This document shows positions 6,917 through 14,922 of a DNA stretch of 17,433 nucleotides, in pieces. The notes under the pieces were generated by a model. It saw only the letters and a program-made list of their open reading frames with translations, was not told the DNA's origin and did no database searches. A program made the translations under genes and the position numbers. This DNA comes from Fibrobacterota bacterium (GTDB taxonomy: Bacteria > Fibrobacterota > Fibrobacteria > UBA11236): NCBI GenBank assembly GCA_043753995.1, contig JAYUVP010000181.1, forward strand, positions 1 to 17,433. Direction: 5' to 3'. Every line of letters begins with the position of its first letter. Position 1 is the first letter of the stretch.

Positions 6917-8794
6917 ATGCAAACTGCCGTGATACATCGAATCTGTGGCCTCAGCGCCTTGGTTTTCTGCGCCGTAACGTCTTCTTTCTCCTTTCTCAAC
7001 GAAGAAGGTTCGCTCGGCTTGGCGCGCATCAGTAATGCCCAATTTCCAGAGGAACTGAGTCTGGGTATTGGCCTTTATAATCGCCTGGTGAATTTCAGCG
7101 GTGGGCCTGATGCCTTCAATAGCTTGATCGTCGGCCAAACAGCCCAAAATGGCGGCAGGACTCAATCCACCACCTTGTATGCTTCGGATCACACCTTCGG
7201 CGTTAGTTTGGCGGGCGGTCGTTTTTATCAAGCCAGCATGGCCCTGCCGGTGTACAAACAAGACCTTGTAGTAAGCAATCGCAGTTTCGACAAAATCTTC
7301 ATCGGTGACTTGCGGCTCAATTTGCACTTGGCACATGCCTTCGGAACTGGTGGCAAGCCCTGGGCCCTGTCCATTCAATTAGGCGGGTCTCTCCCCACGT
7401 CCCAAATGGGCGAAGGCCCTCTGCCACGGCGCCTGGAAGAGGTACCGGCCAATGCGGCGGTTTATGGCGAGGGATCCCGTGCCGGCGGCACGCATCGCGG
7501 GGACCTTCGCTCCGGTCTAGCCATGACCTATGACTTGACGCTCTGCGAAAAGCCCAAACCTTTCTCGGTGACCGCCAATGTTTATACCCGCACCACCTCC
7601 TTCATCGAGCCAAAGGACGATGACTTTTACGATGTGTTGGGATGGGGAGCCTTGCTCGAATGGAAGCCCATTTCGAGTTTTTCCCTATTCGGAGAATACC
7701 TACACGAGGGCCGAGTCGAAGAGGTTTGGCCCGCCAATTCGGAACTGAATGATATCGGCGGTGGTCTCGCCTACCGATTTGAAAACGGTTTGGGTGTGGT
7801 CGCAGGCGCGGCTTGGGGACTTTATAATGATGGCGATGTCCCAGCCCGATTCGTTGGCGCTGACGGCAAGGATCCCGTTCACTATAAGCTCATTGGCACT
7901 CCTGATGCCCAAGTGTATTTGGCCCTTTCCTGGGAAGGCCCTTTAGGGAAACTCGATCCCGACAAAGACGGTATCGCCGGCAGCCTCGATCGCTGCCCCA
8001 ATCAACCTGAAGATGCCGATGGTTTCGAAGATGCCGACGGCTGCCCCGACCTAGACAATGATAAAGACGGGATTTCCGATTTAGCCGATGCCTGTCCAGG
8101 ACAAAGCGAAGATGTGGACGGATTCCAGGACCAGGACGGCTGTCCCGAACTCGACAATGACGGCGACAATATCCCGGATGCCAAGGATCAATGCCCCAAT
8201 GCCGCCGAAGACCGTGATGGCATTGAAGATCAAGACGGATGCCCCGATATCGACAATGATCATGATGGCGTGGCGGACTCCGTCGACCAATGTCCCCTCG
8301 AACCCCAAGGCGCAAAAGGCCTCAAGGGTTGCCCCATGCGCGATGCCGATGGCGATAATATCCCCGATGATTTGGACCAGTGTCCGGATGAAGGCGAAAC
8401 CCTAAACGGCTATCAAGACACCGACGGCTGCCCAGACAAAGCCCCGGTCGAAGAAAAGACCTTGATACTGAAAGGCGTGAATTTCGAGACCGGTAAGGCC
8501 AAACTCACTCCGGAATCCTTACCCGTGCTCGATGATATTGCTGCCCAATTGCAGGCCGCTCCCAATATTGCCCTGGAAGTCTCCGGTCACACCGACAATC
8601 GCGGGAATGCTGCGAAAAACACGGCCTTGTCGGAATCACGGGCCCAAGCGGTAGCCGATTATCTCCTCAGCAAGGGCATTTCCAAGGACAGGTTGAGCGT
8701 CAAGGGCTTCGGATCGACCCGTCCGGTGGCAACGAATAAAACCGCCGAAGGGAGAATGCAGAACCGCCGCGTCGAATTCAACCGATTGCGCTGA
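6917..8794 (+). CDS. OmpA-family outer membrane protein with thrombospondin type-3-like repeats (paralog 2)
   Basis: 625 aa with a signal-peptide-like N-terminus. It is collinear with paralog 1 (GLAR..AQ.PE.L.LGIG.YNRLVN; GDLRL; RRLEE.PA; DAQ.YLAL.W.G) and has the same repeat block and OmpA domain (GHTDN, NRRVEFNRL). Confidence 0.93.
   Translation: MQTAVIHRICGLSALVFCAVTSSFSFLNEEGSLGLARISNAQFPEELSLGIGLYNRLVNFSGGPDAFNSLIVGQTAQNGGRTQSTTLYASDHTFGVSLAGGRFYQASMALPVYKQDLVVSNRSFDKIFIGDLRLNLHLAHAFGTGGKPWALSIQLGGSLPTSQMGEGPLPRRLEEVPANAAVYGEGSRAGGTHRGDLRSGLAMTYDLTLCEKPKPFSVTANVYTRTTSFIEPKDDDFYDVLGWGALLEWKPISSFSLFGEYLHEGRVEEVWPANSELNDIGGGLAYRFENGLGVVAGAAWGLYNDGDVPARFVGADGKDPVHYKLIGTPDAQVYLALSWEGPLGKLDPDKDGIAGSLDRCPNQPEDADGFEDADGCPDLDNDKDGISDLADACPGQSEDVDGFQDQDGCPELDNDGDNIPDAKDQCPNAAEDRDGIEDQDGCPDIDNDHDGVADSVDQCPLEPQGAKGLKGCPMRDADGDNIPDDLDQCPDEGETLNGYQDTDGCPDKAPVEEKTLILKGVNFETGKAKLTPESLPVLDDIAAQLQAAPNIALEVSGHTDNRGNAAKNTALSESRAQAVADYLLSKGISKDRLSVKGFGSTRPVATNKTAEGRMQNRRVEFNRLR
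7955..8440 (+). repeat. Coding tandem repeat: five TSP3-like units (33,33,33,30,33 aa)
   Basis: Units start at 7955, 8054, 8153, 8252 and 8342. Pattern: D.D.DGI.D..D.CP...ED.DG..D.DGCP. Confidence 0.92.
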
Positions 8795-8813
8795 ATTTAG
8801 GGCCGTTTTTCGA

Positions 8814-8850
8814 GGGCCGGAAAGGGGAGTATCACTACCTTTTCCGGTTC
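8814..8850 (+). promoter_or_regulatory. Inverted repeat directly before the trpB start codon (function uncertain)
   Basis: GGGCCGGAAAGGGGAGT-atc-ACTACCTTTTCCGGTTC forms a 17-bp stem with three G-U pairs and one mismatch. It ends 1 nt before the ATG at 8852. Confidence 0.55.
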
Positions 8851-8851
8851 C

Positions 8852-10108
8852 ATGCTACCCTCTACCCTACCCGACACCTGGGGCCGATTCGGGCCCTATG
8901 GCGGCAAATTCGCCCCTGAAATCTTAATGCCTGCCCTGGAGGAGCTGGAAAGCTTCTATCGGCAGGTCAAGGACGATGCAGTATTCAAAGCCGAGCTTGC
9001 CTCGCTTTTAAATGACTTTGTCGGACGCCCCTCCCCACTTTACTTCGCCGAGCGACTCACCGATCGTTGCCGTGGTGCCCGCATTTATCTCAAGCGCGAA
9101 GATTTGAATCATACGGGTGCGCATAAAATCAACAATGCCATTGGCCAAGTGCTTATCGCTAAGCGCATGGGCAAGCGCCGCATCATCGCCGAAACCGGTG
9201 CTGGCCAGCATGGTGTCGCCACGGCGACGGCCGCAGCAAGGTTTGGCATGGAATGCGCCGTTTACATGGGGCGTGTCGACATGGAGCGGCAAGCCCCCAA
9301 TGTTTATCGCATGCGGCTACTTGGCGCCGAAGTCATGCCCGTCGATAGCGGCAGCATGACCTTGAAAGACGCCATCAACGAAGCCATTCGCGACTGGGTA
9401 ACCCATATTCGCGACACGCATTATGTATTCGGTTCGGCCTTAGGGCCGCATCCCTATCCCATGATTGTCCGCGACTTTCAGAAAATCATAGGCGAGGAAA
9501 CCGCGACGCAAATGCTGGCCAAGGAAGGTCGCCTACCCGATTGGCTGGTGGCCTGCGTGGGCGGCGGCAGCAATGCCATCGGCCTCTTTCATCATTTTCT
9601 CGACAAGCCCTCAGTGAAAATGGTGGGCGTTGAAGCCGGGGGCCAAGGCATAGCTTCGGGCAAGCATGCGGCGCGATTTGAAGGCGGCGTTCTCGGCATC
9701 CTGCATGGCGCACGCAGCTATGTACTGCAAACACCTCAAGGGCAAATAGCCGAAACCCATAGCATCTCAGCGGGCCTCGATTATGCCTCCATAGGCCCGG
9801 AACACGCGTATTATCGCGACCAGGGCCGTATCAGCTATACCTACGCCACTGACATGGAAGCCCTCGACGGCTTTCACACCTTGTGCCGCCTCGAAGGCAT
9901 TATTCCCGCCTTGGAAAGTGCCCATGCTGTTGCGCATGCGCTCAAGCTCGCACCGACCTTGCCGAGTGAATCCCTGATGGTTGTCAATCTTTCGGGCCGT
10001 GGCGACAAAGACATGCAAACCGTCATGCAGGCGGAGGGTCCCGAAACACCGAAATCGGCTGGCTCCCATGGTAAAGTCCATTCCACGACTTCCGAGGTGC
10101 GCCGATGA
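8852..10108 (+). CDS. trpB: Tryptophan synthase beta subunit
   Basis: Motifs [24 protein letters not shown] (PLP lysine), [45 protein letters not shown] and [10 protein letters not shown]. Confidence 0.99.
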   Translation: MLPSTLPDTWGRFGPYGGKFAPEILMPALEELESFYRQVKDDAVFKAELASLLNDFVGRPSPLYFAERLTDRCRGARIYLKREDLNHTGAHKINNAIGQVLIAKRMGKRRIIAETGAGQHGVATATAAARFGMECAVYMGRVDMERQAPNVYRMRLLGAEVMPVDSGSMTLKDAINEAIRDWVTHIRDTHYVFGSALGPHPYPMIVRDFQKIIGEETATQMLAKEGRLPDWLVACVGGGSNAIGLFHHFLDKPSVKMVGVEAGGQGIASGKHAARFEGGVLGILHGARSYVLQTPQGQIAETHSISAGLDYASIGPEHAYYRDQGRISYTYATDMEALDGFHTLCRLEGIIPALESAHAVAHALKLAPTLPSESLMVVNLSGRGDKDMQTVMQAEGPETPKSAGSHGKVHSTTSEVRR

Positions 10109-10914
10109 ATCGCATTGACGCCACCTTCGCGCGCTTGCGCGAAAAAAAGCAAAAGGCCTTCATTCCCTATATCGCCGCTGGCATTCCCGGCCGCGAAGAG
10201 ACGGTGGAAATCGCCCTCACCTTGGAGCGTTTGGGCGCCGATATCCTGGAATTGGGCTATCCCTTTTCGGATCCCATGGCCGATGGCGTAGTGAATCAGC
10301 TCGCGGCGAATCGCGCCTTGGAATTAGGCGTGGACGATGCTGCCTATCTCGACATGGTGCGGAAAATTCGCGCCAAGTCCCAAATGCCCATCATTGTCTT
10401 CTCCTATCTCAATCCTATTTACCGGCTGGGCCTACGCGCTTTCGCGGGCCGCGCCAAGGCGGCGGGAGCGGACGGCATTCTACTCGTGGACATGCCCGCC
10501 GAAGAAGCCGAGGAAATGGTCACCATTTGCCGGGACTATGACATGCGCTTCATTTTCCTGGCTGCGCCTACCACTACCCCGGAACGCTTGCAACGCATAC
10601 TCTCCATGGGAAGCGGCTTCCTGTACTATATCTCGCGCACCGGCATCACCGGGGAGCGCGACGCCTTTCAGGAAGATTTCGCGACCAAACTCACAACTAT
10701 CAAACAAGCGGCGGGCATGCCCGTCGTGGTGGGTTTCGGCATTTCCACGCCGGATCAAGTGCGCACAGTCTGCTCGCTTTGCGACGGAGCTGTCGTCGGT
10801 TCGGCCTTGGTTCGCCGAACCTTGGAGCGCAAACCCTTCGCGGAAATGCTGGCCGATATCGAGGCCTTGGCTGGGCCCTTGATTGCGCCTACCAAGGAAG
10901 TTTGGAAAGACTGA
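10105..10914 (+). CDS. trpA: Tryptophan synthase alpha subunit
   Basis: Motifs [48 protein letters not shown] and [12 protein letters not shown] overlap with trpB. Confidence 0.98.
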   Translation: MNRIDATFARLREKKQKAFIPYIAAGIPGREETVEIALTLERLGADILELGYPFSDPMADGVVNQLAANRALELGVDDAAYLDMVRKIRAKSQMPIIVFSYLNPIYRLGLRAFAGRAKAAGADGILLVDMPAEEAEEMVTICRDYDMRFIFLAAPTTTPERLQRILSMGSGFLYYISRTGITGERDAFQEDFATKLTTIKQAAGMPVVVGFGISTPDQVRTVCSLCDGAVVGSALVRRTLERKPFAEMLADIEALAGPLIAPTKEVWKD

Positions 10915-10916
10915 CC

Positions 10917-11180
10917 ATGGACTTGAGCGATTGGCGACAACGCATTGACGGCCTCAATCTCCAACTTTTGCAATTGCTGAATGAACGGGCCAAATGCGCC
11001 TTGGCGGTGGCGGCGGTGAAACGCGCCAAGCAATTGCCCATACACGACCCCGATCGCGAACGTCAGGTGCTTGACGTGGTGGTGAGCGAGAATAGCGGCC
11101 CTCTCTCTGACGAAAGCGTGCGCCGCATTTTCACTTGCATCATCGCGGAACATCGCCGCCTCGAGGAGACGACGGCGTGA
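10917..11180 (+). CDS. Monofunctional chorismate mutase (AroQ class, type II)
   Basis: 87 aa from the ATG at 10917: L..WRQRID..N..LL.LLNERA..A..VA..K......I.DP.RE..VL...N.GPL....VR.IF..II. This is the typical AroQ pattern, and the operon context agrees. Confidence 0.93.
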   Translation: MDLSDWRQRIDGLNLQLLQLLNERAKCALAVAAVKRAKQLPIHDPDRERQVLDVVVSENSGPLSDESVRRIFTCIIAEHRRLEETTA

Positions 11181-12382
11181 TTTTGCCCCAGCACGGCTTC
11201 GAAAGTTCGGCGAGCGCCGAAGGCCTGGCCGTGCCACAGCCCCGCGAACAAGACAATCGCAATCCCGGTCAATGGCCCGGCGTCATTGCGGTGGTGGGCC
11301 TCGGCCTGCTCGGCGCTTCGCTTTGCGAAGCCGCGCGACGACGTCACTTCGGCGTGACCTTACTTGGCGTGTCCTCGCCCTCCACGGTGGCGCAGGCCCT
11401 CGCCGAAGGCGTCATCGACGAAGGCGGCGGCTATGATCGCGTCGCGGAATTCGCGGCCGCGGCCGACTTGTTGATTTTGTGTACGCCCATTGATCACATT
11501 CTGCAATTGCTTCAAGGTTGGAGCCTCAAGCCTCCCGCCTTCAAGCCCGGCGCCATCGTCACCGACGTCGGCAGCACCAAGGCCGCCATCTGCGCCGCGG
11601 CCAGCGAGGCTTTTGCCAAGGGTAACATATCCGCTACCTTTATCGGATCGCATCCCATGGCGGGAAGCGAGCGTAGCGGACTTTCGGCACGCGATCCCCA
11701 TCTATTCGAAAATGCCTGCTGGATACTTTGCCCCGAAGCCGATGTTCCCGCCGAGTCCCTGACCAAGCTCTCCGCTTTTCTCTCTTTGTTGGGAACCCGT
11801 TTGGTTCAGCTTGAACCCGAACAGCATGATGCCGCCGTAGCCCATGTTTCGCATTTGCCCCAACTCATGGCCACCACCCTCGCCGCCTATGTGAGCGGCT
11901 TGCCGCCCATCGCCGAATCGGGCTTGCAAATCGCAGGCGGCGGTTTTCGCGACATGACCCGTCTCGCCGCCTCTCGCTTCGAAGTTTGGGATCCAATTCT
12001 TCGCACCAACAAAAAACAATTGCGGCAGGCCTTGAACGGCTATCGCGAAATGCTGGCCGCCGCCGAGGTCGCCTTGCAAAGCGATGACTTGGGCGATATC
12101 TTCGCCGCAGGGCAATCCCTGCGGGCCCGCCTGCAAACCCATCGCAAGGGCTTAACCCATGCCCTCAGCGAAATCGTTGTCGATCTCGAAGACAAGCCGG
12201 GCACCTTGCTCGCGGCTTTGCAGCCGCTTGCCGAAGCCGGTCTCAATGTTCTTGATTGCGAAATACTCAAGGTTCGCGAAGGCGAAGAGGGCGTGCTGAT
12301 GCTGGCCTTCGCCCACGAATCTGCGGCGGAAACCGCCATCGTGAAATTGCAAGCCGTCGGTCTGAAAGCCAGGCGCCGTTGA
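11177..12382 (+). CDS. tyrA: Prephenate/arogenate dehydrogenase with C-terminal ACT domain
   Basis: Rossmann VVGLGLLGASL, TDVGSTK, HPMAGSERSG, HD..VA..SHLPQ and GGGFRDMTRLA, plus an ACT-like DLEDKPGTL...L..AGLNV. The GTG at 11177 overlaps the chorismate mutase stop (GTGA) and has GAGGAG upstream. The exact start is uncertain. Confidence 0.93.
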   Translation: MILPQHGFESSASAEGLAVPQPREQDNRNPGQWPGVIAVVGLGLLGASLCEAARRRHFGVTLLGVSSPSTVAQALAEGVIDEGGGYDRVAEFAAAADLLILCTPIDHILQLLQGWSLKPPAFKPGAIVTDVGSTKAAICAAASEAFAKGNISATFIGSHPMAGSERSGLSARDPHLFENACWILCPEADVPAESLTKLSAFLSLLGTRLVQLEPEQHDAAVAHVSHLPQLMATTLAAYVSGLPPIAESGLQIAGGGFRDMTRLAASRFEVWDPILRTNKKQLRQALNGYREMLAAAEVALQSDDLGDIFAAGQSLRARLQTHRKGLTHALSEIVVDLEDKPGTLLAALQPLAEAGLNVLDCEILKVREGEEGVLMLAFAHESAAETAIVKLQAVGLKARRR

Positions 12383-12389
12383 TCTCCCC

Positions 12390-13937
12390 ATGGAAATGAC
12401 TGTGGACATAGCCGCCCAAATACCCGAAGCCCTGGAGCCTCGTACCCTTGCTTTTAAGCGGGCGAGACGATTTCGCGGCATGCCCGCCTTGAGCGGTGAT
12501 CATGGTCTCGCCTATCAGGCCCTGGCCTTGGCAAGCTTGGCCGAAGGGCCCACGCGACTGGAAAACTTGCCCGACACCCCGGCGTTACGGGAGGCCATGA
12601 ATGCTTTCGCCGCTTTAGGGCTTTTGCGCAGCGAAATGCTCGATGGGCAAATCCTCGTGCATGGCGGTTCCCTGGGGCAAAGCCCTGAAATCGAGGCCAC
12701 TGCAAAAATTACGGTGCGCGACGAAGGCCTTGCCTTGCTATTGGCCGGCCTGATGAGCGGAAAGCAATTGCATCCCGCTTTGGCCGCCGATGCGCATGCG
12801 GTAGGAGAGGATATCATTCGCCTTATTCGCGAAGCCATGCCCGCGACACCGGGACAAGCCACGAAGGTGGATCCTTCACCAATCGATACCGGACTTAACG
12901 AAGACATTTCCCAGAATGGTGCGCCTTCACCGGCCATGACTGAATTGCAACCCGGACCCTTGGCTCCCAAGGTGCGCCGAGCACGCGAAGCCGGCCTCAA
13001 GCCACGCACCTTCAAATGGGACGATGCCCAGGCGAAAATGTTTTTCCTCATCCAAGCCTTGGCCTCGCGCGAAAGCGCCCTGCTAGAGTTGCGCGATCCC
13101 GGATCCGACCTTTTCGAAACCCTCCTCGCCCATTTTCACGGGCCATTGCATGTGGATCGGGGAGAGCCTCCTGAAGGCGACGAATTGGCTCGGCGCATCG
13201 CGCGCCAAATGAAAGCCGCCGGCAATAAGGAAGACTTGGTGCGCTTTCGCCTGGACGCGGGGGCCACTCTCAAGCCCGGAGTCCTGACCCTGCCCCGCGA
13301 TGTCGGCGAGGCATCCTTGTTCGCCCTCATCGCCACCTTGATCAAGGGTTCGGATTTGGTCCTTGAAAATGTGCTGCTCAATCCCTCGCGCACTGCTTTT
13401 TTCTCAGCCTTGCGACGGATGGGGGCCGATCTCGAAGTCGTGTCGAGGCGCGAAAAACATGGCTTCGCTTATGGGCAAGTACGCGTGCGCAGCAGTGAAC
13501 TCATCGCGAAACGCTTCGATGGCGAGGCCTTGTCGGGCATGCGGGACGAAGTGTTTTTGCTTATCGTTGCGGCGGCTTTCGCCGAAGGCGAAACGGTGCT
13601 GCGCGACGTGACCTTTTTGCGCGGTTATCGTGAGGACTTGTTGAAGGCATTCTTGGCCACCCTCAAATCGGCCGGCGTCGAGGCTGGGGAATTCGAAGAC
13701 GGCGTCATCGTGCGTGGACGGCCCGACTATGATGGCACCGCCTATGACGCCCTGGGGCATCCCGGCCTCGCGGCCGCCTGCGTGGCCATGGCACTGAAAT
13801 CCCATGGTAACAGCACAGTTACGGGGGCTGAAGGCTTGCTTTGGCGCATGCCCCACTTGTTGAGCCAACTCGAAGCCTTGCAGGCGGACGGAAAAGACAA
13901 GGACGCCAAGGGCGATGCCGAGGAAGAAGACGCATGA
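12390..13937 (+). CDS. Degenerate EPSP synthase (AroA)-like protein, probably catalytically inactive
   Basis: Scaffold motifs of class II AroA are recognisable in order: ALALASLAEGPTRLENL, AQAK, LPRD..EA..F, NVLLNPSRT...LRRMGA, VRSSEL, DE..L.VAAAFAEGETV and G..V.G. The active-site motifs are replaced (see findings). It sits directly after tyrA. Confidence 0.82.
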   Translation: MEMTVDIAAQIPEALEPRTLAFKRARRFRGMPALSGDHGLAYQALALASLAEGPTRLENLPDTPALREAMNAFAALGLLRSEMLDGQILVHGGSLGQSPEIEATAKITVRDEGLALLLAGLMSGKQLHPALAADAHAVGEDIIRLIREAMPATPGQATKVDPSPIDTGLNEDISQNGAPSPAMTELQPGPLAPKVRRAREAGLKPRTFKWDDAQAKMFFLIQALASRESALLELRDPGSDLFETLLAHFHGPLHVDRGEPPEGDELARRIARQMKAAGNKEDLVRFRLDAGATLKPGVLTLPRDVGEASLFALIATLIKGSDLVLENVLLNPSRTAFFSALRRMGADLEVVSRREKHGFAYGQVRVRSSELIAKRFDGEALSGMRDEVFLLIVAAAFAEGETVLRDVTFLRGYREDLLKAFLATLKSAGVEAGEFEDGVIVRGRPDYDGTAYDALGHPGLAAACVAMALKSHGNSTVTGAEGLLWRMPHLLSQLEALQADGKDKDAKGDAEEEDA

Positions 13938-14911
13938 AATCCTCGAAAAAGCGCCCCAAACGCATTGCTGCCGTCACCGCGAAGGAAGCGTCGAGCGGTA
14001 TGGAATTGGATCCGGCCAGTTCCCAGCCGGAAACCGATGTGCGCCGCATCGGCGTCTTCGCCTTGAAAGGTGATTTGTCGGCGGCTATCGCCGTACTGCG
14101 CGCTTTCGCCGACGATCATCGCGAGGTCAAACTGTATTTGAACAGTTACCTGCGCCATTTCGCCGATCGACGGCTGCTGGTGAAGCCCGATACCTTCCTG
14201 CAATCACGCGTCGACATTTTGCTTTCGCTGGGCGGAGATGGAACCTTCCTTTCTGCCGCTCGCCTGGTGCGGGATGAGCGCATTCCCATCTTGGGAGTGA
14301 ATTTGGGTAGGCTCGGCTTTTTGGCGGATGCCACTCTCGAAAATTTACGCCGCATTCTCGAAGAGATTTTACGGCGTGACTACACTCTTCGTCGCCGCAT
14401 GCTGGTCGAAGTCGAGGCGTTCCATGATGGCAAACGCCTATTCACCGATATCGCCCTCAATGAAATCGCCTTCTCAGGTGTGATGGGGCGCGAAATGATT
14501 GAGTTGTCGGTGAATGGCAATGGCGGCTTTGTCAGCGATTATCGCGTGGATGGTCTTTTGGTGAGCACGCCCACGGGTTCCACGGCCTATAGTCTTTCTG
14601 CCGGTGGCCCCATCATGCATCCCAGCACATCGGCCTTATTGCTTACGCCCATGAATCCCGCGTCGCTTTCGGTGAGACCCTTGGTTTTGCCGGACACCAT
14701 GGCTATCGAGGTGCGCAATATTATGGCGCCGGGACGTGAGGTCAATATTCATGTCGATGGCCGCAATCGCGGTATCTTGCCAGCGGGTGCGGTATTACAC
14801 GTGCGCAGCCACACCCAAGGCCTGCGCATCATTCGACCTTTGGGATCGAGTTATTTCGCATCCTTGCGCGGCAAGCTGGGCTGGACCGGATCGCGCGACG
14901 GACGACGTTAA
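13934..14911 (+). CDS. nadK: NAD(+) kinase
   Basis: Motifs LGGDGTFL, PILGVNLGRLGFLA, ALNE, DGLLVSTPTGSTAYSLSAGGPI, RPLV and LRGKLGW. The ATG at 13934 overlaps the upstream stop (ATGA). A later start (ATG 14000) is possible. Confidence 0.96.
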   Translation: MKSSKKRPKRIAAVTAKEASSGMELDPASSQPETDVRRIGVFALKGDLSAAIAVLRAFADDHREVKLYLNSYLRHFADRRLLVKPDTFLQSRVDILLSLGGDGTFLSAARLVRDERIPILGVNLGRLGFLADATLENLRRILEEILRRDYTLRRRMLVEVEAFHDGKRLFTDIALNEIAFSGVMGREMIELSVNGNGGFVSDYRVDGLLVSTPTGSTAYSLSAGGPIMHPSTSALLLTPMNPASLSVRPLVLPDTMAIEVRNIMAPGREVNIHVDGRNRGILPAGAVLHVRSHTQGLRIIRPLGSSYFASLRGKLGWTGSRDGRR

Positions 14912-14922
14912 GAGGTATCGCC

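Noticed and set aside
5982..8440. 99-bp periodic repeats as a CRISPR array or minisatellite
   Set aside because: They are in-frame coding repeats with synonymous variation and have no constant-repeat/unique-spacer structure.
8795..8872. trp attenuator leader peptide or TRAP (G/U)AG repeats
   Set aside because: The 57-bp intergenic gap has no Trp-codon leader ORF, and the GGTAG repeats lie on the antisense strand and are too few.
10779..11176. Longer N-termini for chorismate mutase (10779) and tyrA (11135)
   Set aside because: They would overlap the upstream genes extensively. Coupled starts at 10917 and 11177 fit the domain boundaries better.
12390..13937. Calling the gene a functional aroA, murA or a classical pseudogene
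   Set aside because: AroA catalytic residues are missing, the MurA signatures (GAKN, GC.IG.RP) are absent, and the ORF has no stops or frameshifts.
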